Origin: Candidatus Latescibacterota bacterium
Lineage (GTDB): Bacteria > Latescibacterota > UBA2968 > UBA8231
Assembly: GCA_965208105.1 (NCBI GenBank)
Contig: OZ242318.1
Location: 4,032,001 to 4,096,000 of the forward strand
Length of the DNA stretch: 64,000 nt
Reading direction: 5' to 3'
Shown here one piece after another: positions 56,661-64,000 of this stretch. The number at the start of each line of letters is the position of its first letter. Positions within the stretch are counted from its first letter, which is position 1. Made by a program: the position numbers and the translations under genes. The notes beneath the pieces were generated by a model. The model searched no databases. It was not told the origin of the DNA and worked only from the letters and a program-made list of their open reading frames with translations.

Positions 56661-57860
56661 GTGAAAGTACTCGAAGGCGGAGGGGTCACATCCCCGAGTG
56701 GATACCTGGCGGCGGGAATCCGCACCGGGGTCAAGGAGTCCGGCGGCAGGGATCTGGCGCTGGTGTACTCCACGCGGCCGGCGCATGCCGCCGCGGTCTA
56801 CACCACCAACAAGGTCCAGGGAGCTCCGATCGCCGTCGACCGCGAGCATCTTGCCGACGGCAGGGCGCGGGCGGTCATCCTCAACAGCGGCGTCGCCAAT
56901 GTCTGCAACGGAGACCAGGGCCTGGAACACGCCAGGCGGATGTGTGCCTTGACGGCGAGCGAGCTCGGCCTGCATACGGAGGAGGTGCTGGTTTGCTCCA
57001 CCGGGCTGATAGGGGTGCCGCTTCCCATCGACAAGATCGAAGCGGGCATCCCGAGGATCGCGGCAGCCTTGTCCCCCGAAGGCGGGGCGGAGGCCGCCGC
57101 GGCGATCATGACCACGGACACGGTTGCCAAGAGTTGCGCCGTCGAGGTCGAGCTGGAGTCGGGCGGGGCGGTTGTAGGGGCGATGGCCAAGGGCGCCGCA
57201 ATGATCGCCCCCGACATGGCCACCATGTTGTCGGTGGTGACCACGGACGCGGCCGTGCCCCAAGGGCAGCTGCAGGAAATGCTGTCGCGGGCGGTACGTC
57301 CCACCTTCAACTGCGTCACCGTCGACGGGGACATGAGCACCAGCGACACCGTGATTTTGATGGCCAACGGCGAAAGCCCGGAGGAGAGGCTGGGTCCCCG
57401 GGACTCCGAGCGCCTCTACGAGGGAATCGAGTACGCCTGCCGGCAGATGGCCCGGGCCATCGCCGGGGACGCCGAGGGCTCGTCCAAGCTGATCGCCATT
57501 GTGGTGCGCGGCGCCGCCTCCGAGGTCGAGGCGAGGCGGGTCGGCCTGTCGGTGGCCAACTCGAACCTGGTCAAGACCGCCGCCTTCGGCAACGATCCCA
57601 ACTGGGGGCGCATCCTCTGCGCCATGGGGTACTCCGGGGTCGACTTCGATCCGGATAGGGCGCGGGTATCCCTGTGCGGTACCGGGATCTACGCTGACGG
57701 CTCCGGTCTCGACTTCGACGCCGGCAAGCTGAGCGCGGACATGGACGCGGACGAGATGGCCATCGAAATCGACCTGGCGATGGGTGCGGCGTCCGCCCAG
57801 ATCTTCACCAGCGATCTCACCTACGAGTACGTGCGCCTGAACGCGGAGTACACCACCTGA
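56661..57860 (+). CDS. argJ: Ornithine acetyltransferase / amino-acid N-acetyltransferase ArgJ
   Basis: STGLIG, IMTTDT, AKG..MI.PDMATML, VDGDMSTSD, LVKTA.FG.DPNWGRI, DLT.EYV.LNAEY.T. Confidence 0.95.
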   Translation: MKVLEGGGVTSPSGYLAAGIRTGVKESGGRDLALVYSTRPAHAAAVYTTNKVQGAPIAVDREHLADGRARAVILNSGVANVCNGDQGLEHARRMCALTASELGLHTEEVLVCSTGLIGVPLPIDKIEAGIPRIAAALSPEGGAEAAAAIMTTDTVAKSCAVEVELESGGAVVGAMAKGAAMIAPDMATMLSVVTTDAAVPQGQLQEMLSRAVRPTFNCVTVDGDMSTSDTVILMANGESPEERLGPRDSERLYEGIEYACRQMARAIAGDAEGSSKLIAIVVRGAASEVEARRVGLSVANSNLVKTAAFGNDPNWGRILCAMGYSGVDFDPDRARVSLCGTGIYADGSGLDFDAGKLSADMDADEMAIEIDLAMGAASAQIFTSDLTYEYVRLNAEYTT

Positions 57861-57876
57861 ATTTCCCCGCTCCATC

Positions 57877-59073
57877 ATGTCTCTCTCCAAAACCGTACAG
57901 AGGATACAGGATTCGGTGACCATGGCGGTCGCCGCCAAGGCCGCGGCCATGCAGCGCGACGGCGCGGACGTGATCTCCCTGGCGGCAGGTGAGCCCGACT
58001 TCGACACTCCCCGAAACATCAAGGACGCGGCGGTGCGCGCCATCCGGGAGGGTTTCACCAAGTACGTGGCGCCGGGGTCGGGAATGATTCAGCTCAAGGA
58101 GGCGATTTGCACCAAGTTCAGAGAGGATAACGGGCTCGAATACGGCACCGAGCAGATCATCGTCAACAGCGGTGTCAAACACTCCCTCTTCCTGGCTGTC
58201 CTTGCCCTGCTCGATCCGGGGGACGAGGTGATCGTCCCTGCGCCATACTGGGTCACCTACAAGGAACAGCCGCGGCTGGTGGGAGCTGAGCCGGTGATCG
58301 TTCCAACCCGGGCCGAGAACGGACTCAAGCTCACGGCCGCTGAACTGCGCCGGGCGATCACTCCCAGGACGCGGATGCTGATCCTGTGCAGTCCCGCCAA
58401 TCCCAGCGGCGCCGTCTACTCCAGGGAGGAGCTGGGGCGACTGGCCGAAGTGGCCGTGGAGCACGAGCTCCATGTTCTGAGCGACGAGATCTACGAGAAG
58501 CTGATCTACGACGGAGCCAGGCACCACTCCATAGCGGCACTGGGAAGCGAGATCAAGGATCTCACCATCGTGACCAATGGGGTCTCCAAGGCCTATGCCA
58601 TGACGGGTTGGCGCATTGGCTATGCGGGGGCCAGAAAAGAGATCATCGCGGCGATGTACAAGCTCCAGAGCCAGGAACTGACCCACCCCTCGTCCATCTC
58701 CCAGCGCGCTGCAATCGAGGCCTTGACAGGCCCCCAGGACTTTCTGCCCGAAATGGTGTCCGCCTTCGACTCCCGCCGGCGCTTCATGGCCGAGCGCCTC
58801 AATGCCATGCCGGGAGTGAAGTGCCCCATGCCTCAGGGCACTTTCTACGCCTTCCCCGACGTTTCGGGGACCTTTGGACGGGCTGCCGGGCCCTGGAGGA
58901 TCGCCGACTCTGTGAGCCTTTGCGAGTACCTGCTCCATCGGGCAATGGTTGCCTGCGTACCCGGCGCGGGATTCGGCACGGGTGAGCACCTGCGTCTCTC
59001 ATACGCCACCGCCATGGAGGATATCGAGAAGGCCATGGATCGAATGGCAGAGGCGCTGGGCGAGCTCGGCTGA
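57877..59073 (+). CDS. Aspartate aminotransferase-like class I/II PLP-dependent aminotransferase
   Basis: GEPDF.TP, PANPSG, SDEIY, SKAYAMTGWRIGY, LRLSYA. Confidence 0.93.
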   Translation: MSLSKTVQRIQDSVTMAVAAKAAAMQRDGADVISLAAGEPDFDTPRNIKDAAVRAIREGFTKYVAPGSGMIQLKEAICTKFREDNGLEYGTEQIIVNSGVKHSLFLAVLALLDPGDEVIVPAPYWVTYKEQPRLVGAEPVIVPTRAENGLKLTAAELRRAITPRTRMLILCSPANPSGAVYSREELGRLAEVAVEHELHVLSDEIYEKLIYDGARHHSIAALGSEIKDLTIVTNGVSKAYAMTGWRIGYAGARKEIIAAMYKLQSQELTHPSSISQRAAIEALTGPQDFLPEMVSAFDSRRRFMAERLNAMPGVKCPMPQGTFYAFPDVSGTFGRAAGPWRIADSVSLCEYLLHRAMVACVPGAGFGTGEHLRLSYATAMEDIEKAMDRMAEALGELG

Positions 59074-59171
59074 TGAAGAGTGGCAACCCCGGAAGGGATG
59101 AACAGGCCGGCCTCCATCGGTGTCTATGAGCCTGTAGCACAAATACCGAAAAATACCGAAGGATCGGAAGA

Positions 59172-60140
59172 ATGAACGCCAACGAAGCCTTCCATCTCGA
59201 CTTCGAGCGGCCCATCGTCGAGTTGGAGAAGAAAATCGAGGAAATCCACAACCAGACGAGCCAGGTGGACGGTCTCGACTTGAGCAAGGAATTGCAGGGT
59301 CTGGAAGAAAAGGTCGAGAAGATGCGCCGGGAGATCTACTCCGACCTTACTCCCTGGCAGCGGGTGCAGATCTCCCGCCATCCGCATCGTCCCTACGCCC
59401 TAGATTACATCGATCGCTGCCTGACCGACTTCACCGAGCTCCACGGCGACCGCACATACGGCGACGATCCGTCCGTGGTGGGAGGACCGGCGAGGCTGGA
59501 TGGAGAGCCGGTCATGGTCATCGGCATGCAAAGTGGACGCAACATGGAGGAGCGCCAGCGCCGCAACTTTGGCATGCCGCACCCGGAGGGATATCGCAAG
59601 GCGTTGCGCCTCATGAAGATGGCGGCCAAATTCAAGCGCCCGGTGCTGAATCTCGTCGATACCTCGGGTGCCTATCCCGGCATAGAGGCCGAGGAGCGCG
59701 GCCAGGCCGAGGCCATCGCCAGGAATCTGTTCGAGATGTCCCACCTGCCGGTCCCCATTGTCGTCGCGATCATCGGCCAGGGCGCCAGCGGCGGGGCGCT
59801 GGGAACAGCCGTTGGGGACCGCATCCTGATGATGGAGAACGCCTGGTACTGCGTGATCGCCCCGGAGAGTTGTTCCACCATTCTCTTCAAGACCCGTGAC
59901 CGCAAGGAAGAGGCAACGGATGCTCTCAAGCTGACCGCTGTGGACCTGGAGAAGCAGGGCATCATCGACCGCATCGTTCCCGAGCCGTTCGGAGGAGCCC
60001 ATCGCGACTACGACGAGGCTGCCGCCAGCCTGAAGAGCCATGTGCGGGAAGCGCTGGCCGAGCTGCGTCCGCTTCCCCCGGACGAACTCGTACGGCAGCG
60101 CATCGGGAAATTCGCCGCCATGAGCAAGTGGAAAGACTGA
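59172..60140 (+). CDS. accA: Acetyl-CoA carboxylase carboxyltransferase subunit alpha
   Basis: [58 protein letters not shown]. Confidence 0.97.
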   Translation: MNANEAFHLDFERPIVELEKKIEEIHNQTSQVDGLDLSKELQGLEEKVEKMRREIYSDLTPWQRVQISRHPHRPYALDYIDRCLTDFTELHGDRTYGDDPSVVGGPARLDGEPVMVIGMQSGRNMEERQRRNFGMPHPEGYRKALRLMKMAAKFKRPVLNLVDTSGAYPGIEAEERGQAEAIARNLFEMSHLPVPIVVAIIGQGASGGALGTAVGDRILMMENAWYCVIAPESCSTILFKTRDRKEEATDALKLTAVDLEKQGIIDRIVPEPFGGAHRDYDEAAASLKSHVREALAELRPLPPDELVRQRIGKFAAMSKWKD

Positions 60141-60167
60141 AAATCGGCCCGGGTCGGGAAAAAATGG

Positions 60168-60200
60168 AAAGCCCCCATCCGCCATGGACAGGGGGCTTTT
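60168..60200. terminator. Probable bidirectional intrinsic terminator after accA
   Basis: AAAGCCCCC (60168-60176) and GGGGGCTTT (60191-60199) inverted repeat with A/T tails between convergent genes. Confidence 0.7.
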
Positions 60201-60215
60201 CAGTTGGGGAAACTT

Positions 60216-60377
60216 GCGTCCCGCCGCAGAAATGTGTCGCCATTATTCCGCCGATCCATCCCGGCTCACGGCGTTGCCTTCACTCGCCGTACTCTACTGG
60301 TACGACTCGCTCAGGCGCCTTGTGAGCCTGGCGCCTCGGCGGCTCAATTTCGTCAACCTATCTCTGCGACGGGACAC
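60216..60377. mobile_element. MITE/REP-like non-autonomous element (162 bp)
   Basis: 18-bp imperfect terminal inverted repeats (15/18 identical) enclose a long internal hairpin; the right end abuts the TA of a stop codon. Confidence 0.55.
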
Positions 60378-61093
60378 TAGGATCGCTTGATGCGGTCTAT
60401 GAGGCGTTCCAAACGGTCGAAGGCCACCCGGATCATATCCTCGTCCCAATCTCCGTCGACGTTGATCCTGACAATATTCTGCACTGCATCGAGATAGGCT
60501 TTCTGTGCTTCTGACAGGCTTTTGGGAGTATTGGCGGAAGCCTTGCTCTGCTGTGCCGGTACGCGGGAGTGCCTGCTCTCGCGCACCGGTTCGGCGGCCG
60601 GCTGTGGAGCAGCGGGTTTTACGTCCAGCTCGCTGAAATCAGCCTCGGTGAGCAGGTACTTGAAGAACATCTTCATCTTGTTTGCCGAGTCCTTGCCCAT
60701 GTCAGTCTGCTGGCGAAAGAAATCGACGATTTCGCCGTCGGCCATGGAGCCGTTGCTCCCCTGCCACTTCTCCAGTAGTTCCGGATAGAGATCCTGGAGT
60801 ATTTCGGCCACGGCCGATTTGCGATCCTTTTGGGAGGCCAGGCGCTGCAGGCGCTCGGTGGGCCGCTGGTCCCGGTCTATCAGCTGCATGGCCTGAATTC
60901 CGCGCAGAAAGCGGTGGATCATCGAGGGAGTGCGGATGATGGCCCGGACATAGTCGCGGTCGATGAGTTCCGGAGTCTTGCTTTCGAGGCGCAGGATGAA
61001 TTTTTCGAACTGGGCCTTGGTGATGTAGGGATACCAGGTTTTCCCCTGTTTCCCCTGCCCATTTTCCTTGGCCCCGGAGTTTTCCTCTGTCAT
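60377..61093 (-). CDS. DUF5343-like hypothetical protein
   Basis: YPY.....F..FI..L....P..ID..Y...LID....PT..L...IL..LY..L pattern recalled for DUF5343; GGAGA SD. Confidence 0.55.
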   Translation of the reverse strand: MTEENSGAKENGQGKQGKTWYPYITKAQFEKFILRLESKTPELIDRDYVRAIIRTPSMIHRFLRGIQAMQLIDRDQRPTERLQRLASQKDRKSAVAEILQDLYPELLEKWQGSNGSMADGEIVDFFRQQTDMGKDSANKMKMFFKYLLTEADFSELDVKPAAPQPAAEPVRESRHSRVPAQQSKASANTPKSLSEAQKAYLDAVQNIVRINVDGDWDEDMIRVAFDRLERLIDRIKRS

Positions 61094-61178
61094 TTATTGT
61101 TCTCCATATCTGATTTGAAGGGTAGAGCGAAAGAAGCCCCGAGGACAGAGCGCTGAACGCTGTGAAGGGGGCACCGGA

Positions 61179-61535
61179 TCAATCCTCGGGGAAGTCGACC
61201 GTTACCGTAGTATGTATGCCTCCGCGCACGTTGAAGTCTCCCACCACCCTCATTCGGCGTGGTGCGCAGGCGGCCACCAGGTCGGAGAGAATCTTGTTGG
61301 CGGCTGCTTCGTGGAAGATGCCTTCCTGGCGATAGGACCACAGGTAGAGCTTGAGGGATTTGAGCTCAATGCAGAGCTGGTCGGGTACGTAGCTCAGGTG
61401 AATGGTGCCGAAGTCCGGCTGGCCGGTTTTCGGACATACCGTGGTGAACTCCGGGCATTCCATTTCTATGGTGTAGTCCCTTTCGGGCTGGGGATTTGGA
61501 AAGGTATCGAGCTTCTTGCTGGGTTCTGCCGCCAT
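61179..61535 (-). CDS. queF: NADPH-dependent 7-cyano-7-deazaguanine reductase (type I)
   Basis: [32 protein letters not shown]. Confidence 0.95.
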   Translation of the reverse strand: MAAEPSKKLDTFPNPQPERDYTIEMECPEFTTVCPKTGQPDFGTIHLSYVPDQLCIELKSLKLYLWSYRQEGIFHEAAANKILSDLVAACAPRRMRVVGDFNVRGGIHTTVTVDFPED

Positions 61536-61611
61536 GATAGATATGTAGAAAGGTAGGGGGTTTTCTTGGCGGATCAAGCTTTTATTCCGCCGGCCCGGGA
61601 GGTCCCTCTCC

Positions 61612-62283
61612 TTACCCGGCGCGGGATGCGGGATCCTCGATCCCGGCGGCGCGAAATCCTCTGCGCCGCAGAATGCAGCTGTGACAGCGGCCACAGGCCG
61701 TTTCTTCGTTCTGGTAGCAGGACCAGGTAAGGTGCAGCGGGGCGGACAGTTCGACGCCGCGTTGAATGATGGCGGCTTTGTCGAAGGCAAGCAATGGAGT
61801 CCTCACCTGGACCGGTACCTGGGATCGAGCGCAGGCCGCGATCATCCGGTTGTAGGCGTCGAAAAATTCCCCGCGGCAGTCGGGATAGGTCGTCTCCGCT
61901 TCGTGAGCCCCGATGAAAACGGCACGGGCGCCCGCGGCCTCCGCCCACGCCACCCCTATCCCCAGGATATTGGCGTTGCGAAAGGGAACGTAGGTGGATG
62001 GGTTGCTCTCCCGCAGGGAAATCTCGCCTTCGGGCACGGGGATGCTGCGGTCGATCAGACTGGAAGTGCCAATCTGCTTCATGTAGGAAACATCCACGAC
62101 CATGCGCCGGTCGACCCTGTAGTGGGAGGCGATTTCCGCGAAGGCGCGCAATTCGCGGCGCTCGGTGCGCTGGCGATAGTTGATGTGGAGAAACGCCAGT
62201 TCGTGCTCGAGGGCAGCCAAAGCAGCGGTAACGCAACTGTCGAGCCCGCCGCTGACCAGGACGACGGCAAGGGGAAGAGACAC
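61612..62283 (-). CDS. queC: 7-cyano-7-deazaguanine synthase
   Basis: [23 protein letters not shown]...CGRCHSC..R; GTG start with GAGGT SD. Confidence 0.95.
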   Translation of the reverse strand: MSLPLAVVLVSGGLDSCVTAALAALEHELAFLHINYRQRTERRELRAFAEIASHYRVDRRMVVDVSYMKQIGTSSLIDRSIPVPEGEISLRESNPSTYVPFRNANILGIGVAWAEAAGARAVFIGAHEAETTYPDCRGEFFDAYNRMIAACARSQVPVQVRTPLLAFDKAAIIQRGVELSAPLHLTWSCYQNEETACGRCHSCILRRRGFRAAGIEDPASRAG

Positions 62284-62516
62284 TTGGACACCTCGGAACG
62301 GAATCAGACAGGGGAGCGGAGGATATTGCAAGCCAAATTGCCCCGAAACCTTAAAAAGGGCGCGGGCAGGTATCAAGTCAACCCTGCTGGAAGGGCCTGG
62401 ATGGAACCGGAATCCTCCTATTGCGCGACCTCCAGGTGGGATGGATATTTATCGGACTCTTGAGAAACAAGGCCCGATGCCTTTGCCAACAGGCGCCGGG
62501 CCGAGGAGACCTCCAT

Positions 62517-64000
62517 ATGCAGAGTAGGGGTCGGGTTGTCATTATCGGGGCCGGAATCGCGGGCACGAGCGTGGCCTTCCGCCTGGCGCAGCGAGGCTGG
62601 AAGGATATCGTCGTGGTCGACAAGGGACCCCTGTTCAGGACCGGGGGCTCGACCTCCCACGCTCCGGGGCTCGTCTTCCAGGTCAACTTCTCAAGGATGA
62701 TGTCCGTGTTCGCCCGAGAGACGACGCGGATTTACGGCAGTCTGAATCCAGCGGTCGGTGAACGCCTGTGGTCCGCGGTCGGAGGGCTGGAGGTGGCATG
62801 GACCCCGGAGCGCTTGGAGGATCTCAAACGAAAGGTCGGGGCCGGGAGGGCGTGGGGTGTGGAGACCTGCCTTCTGGGTCCGGGCGAGACCCGCGGGAAG
62901 GTCCCGCTGCTGTCCGCGGCCATCCATGGCGCGATGTACACCCCGGGGGACGGGGTCGCGCGCGCATGGAAGCTGGCCGCCGCAATGGGCAGGCGGGCCG
63001 GTGAATGCGGGGCCGCGACGTTTCACGGAAACACCACCGTCACCGGGATCGACGTGGTCAAGGGGCAGGTCAGGGCGGTGCGCACCTCCAGGGGCGTCAT
63101 TCGCACCGACACCGTGGTCTGCGCGGCGGGGATTTGGGGAAGGCTCATCGGCCGGATGGCGGGCGTTGAGCTGCCCCTGGCGGTCTTGCGGCACCAGTAC
63201 GCGGTTACCGCCCCGCTGCCGCAGTTGCCCGCCGGCATCGGTGATTTCCGGGATCCCGTAATCCGCCACCAGGACCGCGCCGCCTACTTCCGCCAGCACC
63301 ACCGCTCCTACATCATAGGCTCCTACGACCACGAACCGATGCTGGTCGACCCGGCTGACATCGGATCGCCGCATTGTGCGCAGGAGATGCCTTCGATGAT
63401 GCCGTGGTCGGATTCGGCCTTTCGCAGGGGGATGATCGCGGCCGGAGAGCTTCTGCCCGCGCTGCGGGAGGTGGAGCTGGACCGCAAGGTCAACGGCATG
63501 TTCATCTTCACCCCGGACGGCATGCCCGTCCTCGGAGAAGCGCCACACCTAAGGGGCTTCTGGGCCGCGGAGGCTGTGTGGATCACCCACGCCGGCGGTG
63601 TGGGCCGGGCGTTGGCGGATTGGATGGTGGACGGCGATCCGGGAATGGATCTGTGGGAGGCGGACATCTGCCGATTTCATCCGCACCAGATGACTCGCGC
63701 CTACATTTCCAGGCGCGGGGCCAGGCAGTACCGCCAGGTCTACGATATCGTCCACCCGCAGCAGCAGATGGAGGAGCCGCGCCGCCTGCGCCTACTTCCA
63801 TGCCATCAGCGCTACGAGGAACTGGGAGCCCGCTTCTTCGAAAATGCCGGATGGGAGCGCCCGCAGTGGTTCGAAGCCAACGCCGCGCTGTTGCAGGGCT
63901 CGGCCTCTCCAAACCACCAGCGCGGCGGTTGGGAGGGACGGTTCTGGTCGGCCGTCATCGGGGCCGAGCACCGGGCCGTGCGCGAGCGGGTCGGCCTGTT
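62517..64000 (+). CDS. GcvT-family FAD-dependent oxidoreductase (dimethylglycine/sarcosine dehydrogenase-like); runs off the window end
   Basis: Manual translation: MQSRGRVVIIGAGIAG...GGSTSHAPGLVFQ...FTPDGMP.LGE...GFWAAEAVWITH..GWERPQWF; GAGGAG SD. Absent from the track because it is partial. Confidence 0.9.
   Translation, partial: MQSRGRVVIIGAGIAGTSVAFRLAQRGWKDIVVVDKGPLFRTGGSTSHAPGLVFQVNFSRMMSVFARETTRIYGSLNPAVGERLWSAVGGLEVAWTPERLEDLKRKVGAGRAWGVETCLLGPGETRGKVPLLSAAIHGAMYTPGDGVARAWKLAAAMGRRAGECGAATFHGNTTVTGIDVVKGQVRAVRTSRGVIRTDTVVCAAGIWGRLIGRMAGVELPLAVLRHQYAVTAPLPQLPAGIGDFRDPVIRHQDRAAYFRQHHRSYIIGSYDHEPMLVDPADIGSPHCAQEMPSMMPWSDSAFRRGMIAAGELLPALREVELDRKVNGMFIFTPDGMPVLGEAPHLRGFWAAEAVWITHAGGVGRALADWMVDGDPGMDLWEADICRFHPHQMTRAYISRRGARQYRQVYDIVHPQQQMEEPRRLRLLPCHQRYEELGARFFENAGWERPQWFEANAALLQGSASPNHQRGGWEGRFWSAVIGAEHRAVRERVGL

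Noticed and set aside
61179-62283. queC/queF as part of a 7-deazaguanine DNA-modification (dpd) or QatABCD defence system
   Set aside because: Both look like canonical queuosine enzymes in a housekeeping context, with no dpdA/tgtA5, TatD or ATPase partners adjacent.

Overview
GC-rich bacterial chromosomal window. A surface protein with lamin-tail, cohesin, dockerin and FlgD-like domains plus a sup-type PKS suggest a Latescibacterota- or Poribacteria-like lineage, possibly a marine sponge symbiont; this is inference only. The housekeeping backbone is: M16 peptidase, comF, pfk-pgk-tpiA-secG-tRNA-Leu, a short AT-richer islet, an all-in-one hybrid sensor/regulator, several catabolic and repair genes, ilvC-leuA-leuC ... 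leuD-leuB-cimA-argJ-aminotransferase-accA, queF-queC and a GcvT-family oxidoreductase. About 31 kb of accessory DNA (21873-53305) separates leuC from leuD. It carries (i) a putative sterol-tailoring and export module: Neverland/KshA-like Rieske oxygenase, sterol C24-methyltransferase, a GOLPH3/GPP34-cytochrome P450 fusion and a tripartite RND pump; (ii) an acyltransferase-3 and a permease fused to a degenerate RsbW-like domain; and (iii) a sup-type cluster: KS-AT-DH-MT-ER-KR-ACP-KS-AT0 PKS, free ACP, PPTase and hydrolase. Smaller signals include a Leu/Ile/Val leader-peptide attenuator before ilvC, a probable ATA start codon for pgk, a 162-bp MITE-like hairpin element, and a 30-bp-period repeat upstream of the PKS. 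All family calls come from motif recognition by eye; no database searches were run.
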